A DNA stretch of 64,000 bases from Geodia barretti. Taxonomy: Eukaryota. A program made the position numbers and the translations under genes. The notes under the pieces are model-generated. The model was given only the letters and a program-made list of their open reading frames with translations. It was not told where the DNA came from and made no database searches. The stretch covers positions 8,806 to 72,805 of the forward strand of contig CASHTH010003779.1 in assembly GCA_030341885.1 (NCBI GenBank), in the 5' to 3' direction. Positions 48,638 to 61,500 of the stretch are shown here, piece after piece. How positions within the stretch are numbered: position 1 is the stretch's first letter; each line of letters opens with the position of its first letter.

Positions 48638-51600
48638 CTATGCACTCGGAGGTGGTTTGAAGGTACCCGAGTCTGGGGAGGAGGCGGAGTCGTCGTGGTC
48701 CTGTACCGAGTCCTGTGTGGCCAGGCCGAGTGGCTGCTGGGGTCCCTGCGGAGTGTCTGGCGTCGCCTGCTGCGCCTGCTCTACCTCCATGGGTCCCGGG
48801 GCCACCGGATCAAGGAAATCCCATATGAGGATCGTGTCGTCGTGTGAGCTGCTGATGATCTGGAAGTCGTCAAACTGCAGCCGAAACACCCTCCCCGAGT
48901 GCTCCTGAAGAGAAATACGGCGAAAAAGGTGAGATTGAGAAACCGTGATTGAAGGTGCACATGGAAGGCTTGTTTATTGAAAGAGCCACTTAACGTTGTA
49001 GAGAGCTCAATTAGGGAATACTTAGCTGCACTTTTGTGTGGTAAGCAATTAGCAGCCATTAAAACTCCCCAAGGAACACAGGGTGTTTGCTGTGTGTCTC
49101 TCTCGTGAGCTTACACTGAGTGTTCTGACACACAGGCTCTCAGTCGGAGCCCGGGGGTCCAGAGCTGCCTGGAAGTCCCATACTTTGATGGCTCTGCGGG
49201 ACAAAGGACACAAAGCATAGTTGGCAAAGTCAACCAAATATATAAACTAGACACACAGTACAAAACTCACCCATCGTAGGCTCCACTGACAATCCTCTTG
49301 TCATCGAATCTGATGCATCTGAAAAACACACAGGACCATGACTCATGGATCATAAATGAGGTACGTATGTATAGAGCAAGGCAGACAGAAATTAAGTGGA
49401 GCTCACCTGACAAGGTCGTCGTGGCCTTCTAATAGTTTGAGACAGGCCCCACACTCAATGTCCCATATCCTACACGGAATAACAGAGAAGGTTGTCACTT
49501 CAAAGTGTACAGTTCATTTGACTGTCAATCGGGGCAGGGGCCACCCACCTGATTGTGTTGTCGGAAGAGCCACTGACCACGTGGTTCCCTCGGTACTGCA
49601 GACAGGCAATCCCGCGACGGTGGCCGTGCAAAGTTCGCACAAACTCACTGGTAGAAGTCCTCCACACCTGCAGACACACACACAGATAGACGGACGGTGG
49701 TAAAAGCAATGCGAGGGGGACAACTTTGGCAGGAGTCAGTCATTCAGACCTTGATTGTTCTGTCGCCAGATGCAGAGACGATATATCTGTCGTCAAAGTC
49801 GACGACATTGACTGCCGCCCGGTGGCCCACCAGTACCCTTCGCAGGACAATGTCGTGAGGTGCTCGCATGTCCCACACCGCAATAGTCCGGTCCTGGGAA
49901 ATGGAGACAGAGAAAAAGGAGAAAAGAGAGGAGAGGAGAAGGAGCAGGAGAGGTTGTAGTAGTGAGGAGGAATGAGGAGCAATTCATAGCAGAGGAAAGA
50001 CAGACCCACCTTGGAGCAAGTGACCATTGTTGCATCGCTGAATCGGAGGTGAAGGACGGCCTCACAGTGGTGGACCAGAGTATTCAACATCTGTCCACTG
50101 CTCACATCCCACACTCTGCAATCAATGACACAGTAATACATTCTCTCCCCCCCTCACTCCACTACACACACACACAACGTCTCACCGAATGGTGGAGTCA
50201 CTGGAGCCAGTGACAATAACCTTCTCGTCATACTGCAGGCAGAGGACGGAGCCCGTATGACCCTGCAACACTCGCTTGCACTCCAGCGATTCCCGGTTCC
50301 ATATCTACACACAACAACAACGTGGGAAGAAGTGAAGCATGGTAATATGTACATACACAAGCTGTGTGGCCTGACAACTGACTGGTGGGAGCCACGCGTG
50401 TGTGATACGCACAGGAAATGGTACACGTGTAGATCAATTTCTGAATCAGAACATTCCACTGGTTCATGAAAAGCCACAACTATTGCATTTACACATGTAA
50501 GATATGCGGTATTCGTGAATTACACACACACACACACACAGAGTACACAACTTACTCGCAAAAACATACACGACAACCTATGAAGTACGTACAGCTGCAG
50601 CGTCAGAATGGAAGTATGGTATATTATACCTTAATGGTGTTGTCCCTCAGGCCGCTGATGATCTTGTGGTCATCGTACTGAAGGCAGTAGACTCCCTTGC
50701 TGTTCTCGCTGTGGCACTCTATTCGAGTTAGAGTGTGTCTCGCGTTCTTCCAGTTGCTCTCCATGTTCTGAGTGCAGAAGAAAGGTAAAGACAACCAGTA
50801 ATGTAGCTTTATACACACACATACACACATACAAACACATCCTTCCTTAGAGGAAGTCAGACTGTATACTCCATTTCATAGCGAGTCAGAGGAAGCTAAA
50901 TTTCATGGAAGTGTATATATAGCTAACTGAAGCCGAGACAATGTGTGTAAGGGTCGAGCACACAGGGTATTGAGAGTTGTGCAGCAGTAACGTAACCCAC
51001 AGAGATGTCACTGATGATACTTGGGTAGAGCTGACGGAAGAACTGGTGGTTGATTCCTTCCGACGGAGCCACATGTCGGAAAAGATACTTACCCCTATGC
51101 ACACACACACACACACAGAGAGGGATGGGTCACAATAATATGCACACCCACGGAAGGGATAGATTGCAATGTGTACACGCAGTGACACGTGGTACTATGT
51201 ACGACGTGCAAGACACCCAATCCTATAATGTGTGTGAATATGGCAGTGGACTGTTTAACACAAGGATTACATGTCAAGAAGTACTGTTTGCACACAGTCC
51301 CCATGTGTGGCCACAACAATATGTCGGCACTTTCAAAATACCACCACCAGCTATAGTATAAGGCGGTGTTACCATCCCTGTGCCCTAGGCCTGAACTAGA
51401 CGGAGAAAATTTTTTATTTTCACAGTTAAAGGTTCTCATGGTTTTCTATGCAAGAAGTTTGGTATAGTGGGAAAAGCAATCGGAAAGTTTACTCCCTCTC
51501 TCCTTACCAGCCTCTCCTCTCGGACAGCCCCTCCCAGACGGGCTCCGAGGCCACCTTCCTCTCGATCAGCTTCTTCCAGAGCAGCCCGTCTGTGATGACC

Positions 51601-52930
51601 TGGTACCACTCGTGGCAGACCAGCTCGGCGCGACACAGCGAGCGCTCGTCCAGGTAGGACAGTATCTTGTAGGCGATATGGTGGAGCCCCTTACCTGCAG
51701 TATATCACAAACAGTACCAGGCATATGTACTAGTCGCAATGTTTCTGTGAGCGGAGCAAGCTAGAGCCTAACGCGTAAGATACACACGGCAAGCGGTGTC
51801 AAGGTAAAATAACCACACCGGGGGAAGAGTCCAGAGTAAGTACATATAACTGGATGCGAAGTGGGACAGGATCAATTCGATATCCCACAATGGCACTGCG
51901 TCAGACCCCCGAGTGCAGGGTACAGTACAAGTGCAAGTCCTGCTACGTACATACGCAGCAGCTGTCAGTGAGAGAAACCGTGGATGGAGGCACCGGCTCC
52001 GCCGCCAAATTAGATGCCAACTGGCAATGTGATTACTCTTGCAGAGGACAGCTTTAAGGCTGGCCCTCATGTGCACTTTCTCACACACACACACACCGAG
52101 AGAGGTGTGCCCCCAACAGAGCCACACATCCAAGAAAGTGTATTTATGTAGCAGCATGCAAAATGGCATCAACTACAAACTATGTCATTGAAAGTAGCTA
52201 GAAAGGTGTTTGCGGGAGAAACGTTTTCTGATTTGGTATCAGGTGTATATATAGAGCAAAGAATATTTCTGTGAGCAAACATTTCATGTACATATCGACG
52301 ACCGACTTGGAAAGGGTTGCTGCTGACCCTCAAATTTAACAAAGAGCACTCCACATACCATTGCTATTCGCCAAGTTAATATGGTGTGAAATTTATATGA
52401 AAGGCGAGCGAGACAGGGAGAAAGAAGATAATAGGAGGGTAGCCGAGATTGATTTAGGAGAGAGACAAAAAGACTCTTTGCTCCTTAGTGCAGTGGAGAA
52501 GGAGGAACAGACCTGGTAGAGCGGTGATGAAGTCTCTCTGTAGCATGGGCATGAGGATGGAGTAGATGTGTTCGTGCTGATGAAACGACATTCTCGCCAC
52601 CAGCTGCTCCACAAACTCGGTCTGGCGGGTCTGTGCCCAGCTCTCAAAGTAGCGCATGCACAGTTCGCTCTCATGGTCAAAGTGCTCGCGAGGGGACATG
52701 GAGAACTGGCTGGAGTCCTCGTCGCCGTCCTCGCACATCATCGGCATGTCCACCGCCATCTCATGATTGAGGTGCTCGCCGAGAGTAAGGTCTCTTAGCT
52801 TGGAGAGGGAGGAGGGGCCTGGTTGACTCATCTCACGGACAAAGGAACAGGAGGAGGGGGAGGAGGAGGAGGAGGGTTTGTCGTGGTCTTTGCTGATTGG
52901 CGGAGACTCCAGAGAGGCTAAGGGCATCAT
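48638..52930 (-). CDS. BTRC: F-box/WD-repeat protein beta-TrCP (the BTRC/FBXW11 orthologue, Slimb-like). About 11 exons. Anchors are 52511-52930 (N-terminus and D domain), 51480-51690 (F-box), 50640-50830, 49740-50141, 49500-49709, 49049-49237 and 48638-48889 (C-terminus).
   Basis: '[52 protein letters not shown]' matches human '[52 protein letters not shown]'. The F-box reads '[46 protein letters not shown]'. '[46 protein letters not shown]', '[36 protein letters not shown]', '[35 protein letters not shown]' and '[25 protein letters not shown]' are present. The C-terminus '[32 protein letters not shown]' is near-identical to the human protein. Confidence 0.92.
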
Positions 52931-53449
52931 CCGGCGTGAGAGAGACTGGACAGTGTGTCTACTGCACCACCTCTGTCTTGGTCACTGTGTCCCAGACGTC
53001 ACAAATGGTGTATCAATGAGTGTGGTTAGGACAGAGACGAGAAGGCAAGTGGTGGGGTGTGGAAATGAGGCCCAGTGTTGGCAGACGAGGCAACTGATGA
53101 ACAAGACAGCAATCTGTGAGAGAACACGAGCGCCAATTACCCACGAAATTACTAGGAAACGCACCGGATTCCCGCTTCCCCGATAATTACGTATGCAGGC
53201 ACTACTTTCTAATGAAGGAGACGGGATAAATCTCTATCCAAGCAGCACACTCTACACATCGAGTCTCCAGGTCCACCTACTCCCCTAAAACGAGTACACA
53301 CATTGCACAACTTTTCTCCCATAACCCAACAGCCACCGAGTTACGCGAGACAACGCCCCGCGGTCTCAAAAGGCTGAGCTAAGCTAACACCCCACGTCCG
53401 TGCAAACAACCCACCTTATCCTCAATAAACCTTGCCTCTCTCTCATCCA

Positions 53450-53650
53450 CGGACGCAGGATCTTCCCTCGACCACAGAGAGTTCGGGGTCAGTGAGCTCC
53501 GGCTTTAACCACGCCCAAAATGACACAGCAAAAACTAGTGACGCGCGCCCGCCAGGTCACTGCGCGCGCGCGGCTGGCTTGACCGGCCCGCCCGGAAATG
53601 ACAATGACTCAGCAAAACTTTAATGACGGCGCGCGCATTTCACATTCTCC
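53450..53650 (-). promoter_or_regulatory. CpG-rich putative beta-TrCP promoter. It contains GC boxes and two copies of a roughly 35-bp composite motif, AATGACA...AGCAAAAC...TGACG(G)CGCGCGC.
   Basis: 'aaaatgacacagcaaaaactagtgacgcgcgcccgcc' at 53517-53553. 'gaaatgacaatgactcagcaaaactttaatgacggcgcgcgc' at 53596-53637. 'ggcccgcccgg' between them. Confidence 0.4.
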
Positions 53651-54176
53651 GTTCCGGATTCCGTCCTCGCATCGAGACCAGGAACTCGCATGGCTGATTT
53701 AGAGGAGGAATTGAGGGCACTTGTAAAGTTGCCTCACTGTTTTTTGTATACCACTTATTATCTATGCACAGGGAGTAGGTGGTGCTAGTTCTGCAGGAGG
53801 AGTACCCTCAACTCGAGCAGAAGACTATTCCAATTTCGTGAGTGGCATCTACACCTCCAGACTCAGCATTTATATTCTCCCTAAAGGGTGGCTTGGAGCA
53901 GGCATGGGCTCTAAAGGCCATCCATTACGCCGAGACTCATTTCAAGGTTCGGCGTTGTGTTGAGTTAATGTGGCCACCCCAGCACGGCCTATTCTGTCAT
54001 TCCAGCTGCTCCAGAATGTGGACGCAGCCAGCCTGACTCTAACCAGGTGCCCTGATACCATTGACTGGTGGTGTTCCATGTATACCTAGACTCCTATGGT
54101 AGACAAGATGAGGACCTGTATCAGGAATTCCAAAAGAAATTTAAGGGGTTGCAGGTTAGGGTCAGTTTGTATATAC

Positions 54177-54305
54177 CTTCCCTCCATCTCCCCTTCCTTC
54201 CTCCTCATCTTCCCTCCATCTCCCCTTCCCTCCATCTCCCCTTCCCTCCATCTCCCCTTCCCTCCATCTCCCCTTCCCTCCATCTCCCCTTCCTTCCTCC
54301 TCATC
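54177..54305. repeat. Minisatellite with a 15-bp unit (ccttccctccatctc), about 8 copies
   Basis: Direct tandem copies. ORFs 54068-54340, 54086-54304 and 54096-54320 are translations of it. Confidence 0.9.
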
Positions 54306-54900
54306 TGCCAAGGTCGATAAGATCAGTCAAGATGACTTGAAATCACCAGAGGCGAAAGAGGTCCACTAGCTATAATTATAGCATGGCATTCCAGAGTGTT
54401 ATTGGCTTTACTACAGAGGTGGAGAAGTTTCTGCAAAGACTTTGAAGGAATTGTCAAAGACTACAACTACGGGACCCTACTGAGGTTGGGGGGAAGCTTT
54501 ACTGGTTGAAGTTTGTATCTCCAGCCATAATTGTACTTCACAGATTGGACTCCTCTCAGGACTACAGCAAAGAGAATACTATATTGGGTGCAGACCCTCA
54601 ATTATTGTAGCAATTGTTTACCTTTTTTCATTTTTCAGTTCCTCGAGTACAGTTTCTGGCGGTGGAGATTTCAAGGAATAGACTGGGGCTCAATTCTGTG
54701 CACTTTTCCCCACAAAGCTAGCTAGGGCTGTGTATTTTAGCAGAGGTGTGTTTACTGTGCGCATGTTGATGCTTGCCCTCACTAAGTCTGAATGAGTGAA
54801 TGTGTGTGGGTGTCTTGCGTGGGAATAGCTGTTTCTCGATCTAATGCTCTTGGAGTTCATAACTAGCAAGGCCGGTTCCGTGCATATCAAGTTGTTGAAA

Positions 54901-56350
54901 ATGTCCGTGTGTGCTGGCAAGAGTACTCTCCTTCCTCGACTACTTTGGCTGCTGCTGCTGCTCTGTGCAAATGTACAAGCCCATGGAGACATAGCTGTAA
55001 CTGCAGATGATCTGTTCACCTCTGCTAAAGGATGGCTGGTTATAATTACTGTTCTCGTGGGCTGTGTTGTTGCAGTCCTCCTGTGTATCCTCACCATCTG
55101 CTGTTGGTACAACCACTGCAGTAAGTATTACCAATTTGGAGTGGGCCCCTTAATTTCCACTGTAATATTACCACTGCCTGACTATTTGCAGAAGTGGCAG
55201 AACTGCAGCATATGCCTGGCAAGGAACACAAGGAGGGAGGCGTGAAGCTGACAATGGTTGAGAAAACCGAAGATGGTGGAGGAGAGGAGGGAAATGGTGA
55301 GGGCGGTGAATCAAAAGTCACAACAGTTCAGGTGGAACTCGAGGCGGAAAACACGTTATCGACATTTGGTCACTCTACTGATGAGAAGAAAGAGAGTTCC
55401 AAAGACCAAGCAAAGGTATGGGAATAATCACTTGTTTAGCAGAGTACATAGTGTTGTGTGGTTCTAGGGTGCTAGCAGTGAACAAAGCAAGAAGAACCAA
55501 GGGACAGAGGTTAGAAGGCTAGCCAGATTATAGGATCATGTCAGTGGTTGATACCATAGGAGTCTGAGAAAGATGACCAGACTAAGACTGGAGATGAAAA
55601 CAAGCAAAAAGTAGAGGCTGCAGAGGGCCAAGTCAGAAATGAAAGAATAACACCCAACACACACAATAGATTTCCACCCTTATAGGGTGGTGCCAGTGTA
55701 CCGCAGGCAATACCAGTCCCCCCTCCCCCTCCAATTATGCTCGACTTGTCCCCTGCCATTTTGAAACAAGTACGTTATACTTGCACAATGGACAATTTCT
55801 CAACTAAGAGCATTGTTATGACTGCACAGAAATCGGCTTCATCTGAACCTGGTACAACTGCTGTCAACACTACTAAAGAGAAACCAGTCAAGGAGAGCAG
55901 TGCCCCTTCCATTATGCTTGAATTGTCTCGTGCAATTTTGAAACCAGTGGGCAAAAAATATACATAATGTGTGTTGGTAGATACTCAAAAATTTTTGCAG
56001 AGACTTGTCTCAACTGGAGCTAGTGGTGAAGCAGAGAACAAGGCTACTAAAGAGACTCCGACCAGTGAAGCAGTGAGTAATGCCCAAACACTACACACAG
56101 CTGAAATCTAACTTATCTCCAGAAAGCCACCACGGATGAAAAGTCAGATAGTCCCGAAGAGAAGAAATCGGAAGTTGTGCTATCGCTGGAGGTAGCGACA
56201 AATCAAAACAATTACTAAGCCTCTATTGTGTCACTCTTTATAAAGCCCACAGAACAAGACGCTGAGATTCCTCAGGAGAAGGCGTTCATGAATTTTGTGG
56301 ACATTGACTCGGCACTGGGTCAAGCTCTGAAAGACTTGGGAGACTTTTAG
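54901..56350 (+). CDS. Small type I membrane protein with a signal peptide, a short ectodomain, one transmembrane helix and an acidic Lys/Glu-rich cytoplasmic tail. Unknown family. About 6 exons: about 54901-55119, about 55185-55419, about 55560-55650, about 55990-56065, about 56127-56200 and about 56258-56350.
   Basis: 'MSVCAGKSTLLPRLLWLLLLLCANVQAHGDIAVTADDLFTSAKGWLVIITVLVGCVVAVLLCILTICCWYNHCS|gtaagt'. Then 'EVAELQHMPGKEHKEGGVKLTMVEKTEDGGGEEGNGEGGESKVTT...KDQAK|gtatgg'. Then 'RLVSTGASGEAENKATKETPTSEA|gtgagt'. Then 'KATTDEKSDSPEEKKSEVVLSLE|gtagcg'. Then 'PTEQDAEIPQEKAFMNFVDIDSALGQALKDLGDF*'. Confidence 0.45.
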
Positions 56351-56803
56351 CTTTGACAACACACACACACATGTAGTCACACATAGCCAAGAAACATGAA
56401 GTACCTATAGATTATGCACAGCACGTGTAGTGTGTCGATTTACAAGAGTGTTTGACATCTAACAAAGAAATGGGTATTCATAAAATGGCGTTTGATTTCG
56501 TCTGTGACTGAAAGGCATTAAATGGGGTAGCTGGCCGGCTTGTGGCATAGCGAGTGTGTGAGGCAGTTGTAGTTCTGAATGTTTTTGTTTTTGCACGGGA
56601 CCCACAGAAAGAGCAACATCTCGCCACATTTGTGATGACACAGTGTGGGCTGCGTCCACTGTGTGAGGGCCATCCATTAGCTAGTTAAGTAAGGTTGTGT
56701 TTCTTCAAAGTCTGCCGCCTATGAACATTGTGCTGTCATATCATTGTCAAAGCACATTAGTAAGAGTGCTGGATCGTGTGTAGAACACAGAGTATAGTAC
56801 ACC

Positions 56804-58397
56804 ATGGAGAGGCTGGCTGTTCTCTTGACACTGGCTGTGGTCAGTATTGCATGTGAGTATATCTCTGTGTTATATACGATGTATGTAGCTCCCACTGTTG
56901 TGCAGTTGTGGAGTGTGGTAGAACTGAGAGGTGGTTATGGCCAAGAGACCTGGAAGACCTCGGTAGTGGCTCTGATAACTATGAGTCTGTCACCCCAGCA
57001 TCTCCTGAGTCTTCAACAAGGACCACAGAGTCTCAAGCAGCAACTCTCGAGGCCGAATCATATCCTAGTTCTTTTCAGATGATTACATCATTCCAAACAA
57101 CTTCACTACCTTCAATGATGGCCAAAATAGAGTTCTCTTCTGCCATGCCACTGTTAGCTACAAGGCCCTCTTCAGTCACAAACAGCACTGAGATGCCTGA
57201 AGCAACTTCAACACTTTCCATTACAGCCACACCGGTTTTCTCTAGCAGACTAACGTCTGAGATATCGGCCACAGCCACTACAACATATTCTGGAGTCAAA
57301 ACCATTAGTTTCCGTACAACCCCACAACTTGAGAAAACTTCACAACTCTCTGTGGGAGTTGCACCATCCTCTACTGCAGTGATACCCAAACTAACACCAG
57401 AAGTACTTGGCACTGGAACATCTTCTGCTGCTGCCACATTCCCCCTCTCTGAAGTGACAGTGATATCTGGTGAAGAAAGCCCCAGACTGGTCCGCTCTCT
57501 ACCTCTCTCAACCTCTGCCCTGCCAACCCCTTCTCTCAAAACCAAACTAGCTCACATCGAACTGACACCCACAACACCACCAGAGGGGGTACACACTTCT
57601 CCACTCAGCTTCAAATCCCTGGCAACTGCAACTCTCCCCTCACTGCTTCCCAAATCATCCAACTTTTTCACCTCTACTCTCTTCCTGGCTGCCGGAGGGG
57701 GTGGTGCTGCAGCCCTACTCCTGGCGCTAGTTCTCCTGGTGTCAGTACTAGTTGCCTGTAGGAAGAGAATGAGAAGAAGGTGTCCCTGCTGCAGGACCTC
57801 TCACAAGATTGAAGGCCCCATCATTTCAGTCTCCTATCGCGGCTCAAACCAGAGAGAGAGGGAGAGCTACTTCATTAAGACTAATGAATTGGGTTCCACC
57901 TCTGCCTTTACCACACGTCGGGGAGAAGGCGACGCCAGTAAAGAGTTTACGACATTTTTCACCACTCCGTCTTTCAGTGGGCCCAGCAGCATGCCTCCTG
58001 CAGATCCAGTCACATATGATGCGGATCCATTCACTAATGTAGAGCCACCAGTGACACACTATGTGGACCCAGTATCAAGGGATCATCAAGAAGTGAAGAG
58101 TGTAAAGTTCAAGAGTCTTGAGAGGAGCTGGAAACTTTCTCCTCAACATCAGGTATGCCATATTACATGGCTAGCTCACACTCAGTGTGTTATTCTCTCA
58201 CAGAGAAAAGAAGGAGGAGAAAGAGGGGAAGTGGAGGACATTGATGATGTAAGGAACGCTTACTGTGTCTTTATGCCCGTGTGATCTTGTGTGTGTTGTA
58301 TGTGTGTTTGTTACAGGACTTCAGACTTTCTGACCTAGAAAACCTCGAGAAAGTGTTGGACAGTGCTCTGATCCGGTTTGAAACATCAACGCTCTAG
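56804..58397 (+). CDS. Mucin-like type I membrane protein. It has a signal-peptide exon at about 56804-56856, a large Ser/Thr-rich ectodomain plus transmembrane exon at about 56889-58152, and a short 3' exon. Unknown family.
   Basis: 'MERLAVLLTLAVVSIAC' looks like a signal peptide. The large exon is S/T-rich ('...TESQAATLEAESYPSSFQMITSFQTTSLPS...TSEISATATTTYSGVKTISFRTTPQLEKTSQ...'). It includes the helix 'GGGAAALLLALVLLVSVLVAC' and the stop-transfer 'RKRMRRRCPCCRTSHK', then a cytoplasmic tail. The terminal exon is 'DFRLSDLENLEKVLDSALIRFETSTL*' (about 58316-58397) or alternatively 58201-58284. The exon 1 donor is ambiguous: the strong GTGAGT donor gives the wrong phase and the weaker GTATAT donor gives the right one. 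Confidence 0.4.
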
Positions 58398-58577
58398 CCA
58401 GGACTCTGCCCATTTATACCTCACAGTTCTCCCTCAGTCTTTAGTTTAGAATGAGATTTATGGTCGTATCAGAGAATGACAGTATCAGCTAATATAATAT
58501 TATAATAATGCAGTGTTCTAGAAAACTATAATGCTTAAAAATATGATGCACACAATGATTCGTGGTGGGATGTTGAG

Positions 58578-61500
58578 TCAGACGACGGTAAACATGACAG
58601 TACGGCGGATTCTCCTCACACAGTTGTCCCCATTGGGCCTCACCTTCACTCTGTGTTCTCCCAGTGACAAGTTCTCATACTGTACTGTCCTGTCACCTGT
58701 GTGATGGACAAATTAGGGGTAACTGCAGATATGGATGAAATTGTATAGCTGTTCTAGTAGAGATGTACAGCTATCTCTTTGTACACGGCACATTTCTGTG
58801 AGTCTTACTCACATGGCGTGAAAGTTCCGCCATCGAGTTGGCATTCGGTGGAGGTGGTAGGACCGACCACTGAGAAGGCAATGAACACGTCGCCCTGGAA
58901 CACCAGGGCCCCTTCCACACCATTCAGGAAGTTGACTGAACAGTCTCCGCTGAGTCCTGCAGTCAAAGAGCAGCAACACACATGCAGACTGAGCTACAAT
59001 ACAGCAGTGGGGTTGTTGCTATTACCTAGCCGGATGGTTCTGGAAATGAAGGCGACCTGCTGCCCCTGCTGGTTAAGGGCGGCAATCTCCAGAGTCACCG
59101 GAGGGATACGGCTGGGTGCTAGTCCAGTGACAACAAACGTCCCAGAAGAGCCTGTTGAAGGTTAGCAGTTATCTCGCGTACTGTGCTGGAGGTAAAACCA
59201 AAACTCACAGTCTTGCTGAGGCGCAACGTCGCGAAGGGTACACAGTGCGTTGGTGATGTCGGGGCTCAGAGTGAACTGCACTCTCACGGTCCCTGTCCCG
59301 CCCTCTAGCCTCACTTCAGGTGTGCCGTCCACCAGTACAATAATCCCAGTCTCAATCGGAAACACTGCCAGAGAGAGAACCACATTCATATACGGTGAAA
59401 AACCTCTGAATGTAGGACACTTTCAAGGTGTCCCTTAATTATTATTGAGAGGTGTCAACTGTATGAGCCATGGGTGTATTATGCAAGGTTATGCAACACC
59501 CAGGACCACACTAAAGGAGCTGTGAATAGTATAGAAGTGACCATCTCACTGTCATCATTGATGATTGTGACCACTGCAGTGCTCCTGTCAGGGATGAGGG
59601 CTACTCCGCTGGGTCCAGAGAGCTGGAACACAATGGTCTCATCCGGCTCGTCTATAGTGTCTCCGTTGATGGTGTAGAAGACTCTTCTTGGATTGTCGGA
59701 GTTGATGTTGAATTGCAGGACCGCCATGGAATCAGTGAAGTCATCATTGACTGAGAACGAAAGAACGAGAAAGAGATAAGACATACCCTGTACTATCAGC
59801 TGGCTGCCTGTGGCACAGGAAAGGTACTATATACTTCTCTTGAAGGGAATGTGTCAATAGATAAGTAAAAATGTTCAATGGGGGGCCCCAAGGAACACTT
59901 TCTTGATTTAGCCCTTATCTACTGCCACATTCCCTTTAATTTCAGATTTACGGTAGATTTGGAGTTGTCACCAAGTATTGATTACCTGTAGCTGTGCCTC
60001 CTGCGACAGAGACACTCAGTGCAACGGGCTGTGTTATGCGCCCGTTAACAAAGGCCCGTAGCCTGGCGCCTGTGAGACCGTCTGTCTCGGGCTGTCCAAC
60101 ATCAGTCTGCACGAACCCAGCACTCAGACTAGGGTCTGTGTAAGAAGAAACAAAGTGTTGGTGTCTACGTACCCAATTCAAGCTGCAGCAAATAGTCTCA
60201 CTGTCATTGTCAACTATGATGATGACTCCAGAAGATACGATGAAGGAAACTGCACTATCTGACGAAGTGAGTGTAACTCCAAAGAGCTCGATATCTTCGC
60301 TGAGTGTGTCGTGAATGATAGTAATGTTCTCGCAGATGATGACCTCTTCTATAGGTGAAAAGTAGGTGATATCCATACTCTCCCTGATATAATCCACATT
60401 TTCTGTTGATCAAAAAAGAAACAAATCGTCAACAGCTGACCGAGCAATAACTGACTGGGTAAGGAAGATAGACTGAATCAGTTCTCACCTAGTGCTGCTC
60501 CAGTTTCGATGGTAGTAAGGGTGACAACGGCGTCTCTATTGAGGTTTGAGCCGACAAGATCGACACACACGGGGAACGTCGAAATGCCTTCGTCCGCGGC
60601 CATTATAGGCTCTTGTAGGGTCACAATCAGCTGTCCATCTATACAACATCAATCACACAATAATATCTTGTACCACCCTTGGTTCAGTAGCAATGAGGGA
60701 AAAGCAGGTTTTTTTAGTTTGATGCATGGTCTACAATGAAGCCGCAAGCCAAAGGCAAGCCAAACAACACAACTGGACATATGAAATGGTCTTTGGCTGG
60801 AAAACTTCAGTTACCTTGGTCCTGGAGGATGTTGACTCTAGACAGGGACCTGAAGAAAGGGAGCGTGCTGCCTGAGAGGAGAACCGTGAACGACTCAAGT
60901 GGCTCTCCCATGGAATCGTCGATCAGATCAATCTCGACGCATTCCCGAAGATCATCTTCGGCAAACGTGAGGGTGACGGTCCGAGCAACATAGTCAGACC
61001 CAGCTGGGTTGGAGGCACAATGATATGGAATGAGATAGATGTCAGGAGGTGTGGGTGTGTTGTTACCTGTGGCAGTCCCATCTGAGGTGGAGACAGTGAC
61101 CACCACTCGAGAGGACACCTGTTGTGTGAGAGAGACGCACACTCTCACTGCCTCGTCTTCCTCGCTGACTGTGTACGCAGACAGCTCCAAGCCAACACTT
61201 GCACCAACTACAGCCACTGGATATAGCGTATCATACATATCGTGTGAAAAGGTGGACATTAAGAGAGAGTATTGTGTAAGAACACCTACCATTAGCAATT
61301 GTAACAGTTGCTGTCGCCATATCTCCAGTCATGGTGTTGGTGAGAATCAGTGTAAACTGCTCATCTCCTTCAGTCAGTGAATCGCTATTAGTACTGATTG
61401 TCAGGAATACTGGGCCACTGAAGACAATGTCTTGATTGATGGCAGTAAAGTCACCAACAGCTGTAGGGGAAAGAATGAGTTGATTGCCTCCACTTGTTAA

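Noticed and set aside
49356-51440. Plus-strand ORFs inside the beta-TrCP locus (49356-49703, 49726-49959, 50257-50469 and 51050-51361)
   Set aside because: They are antisense to or intronic within the beta-TrCP WD40 exons. They include (CA)n-derived 'HTHTH' stretches.
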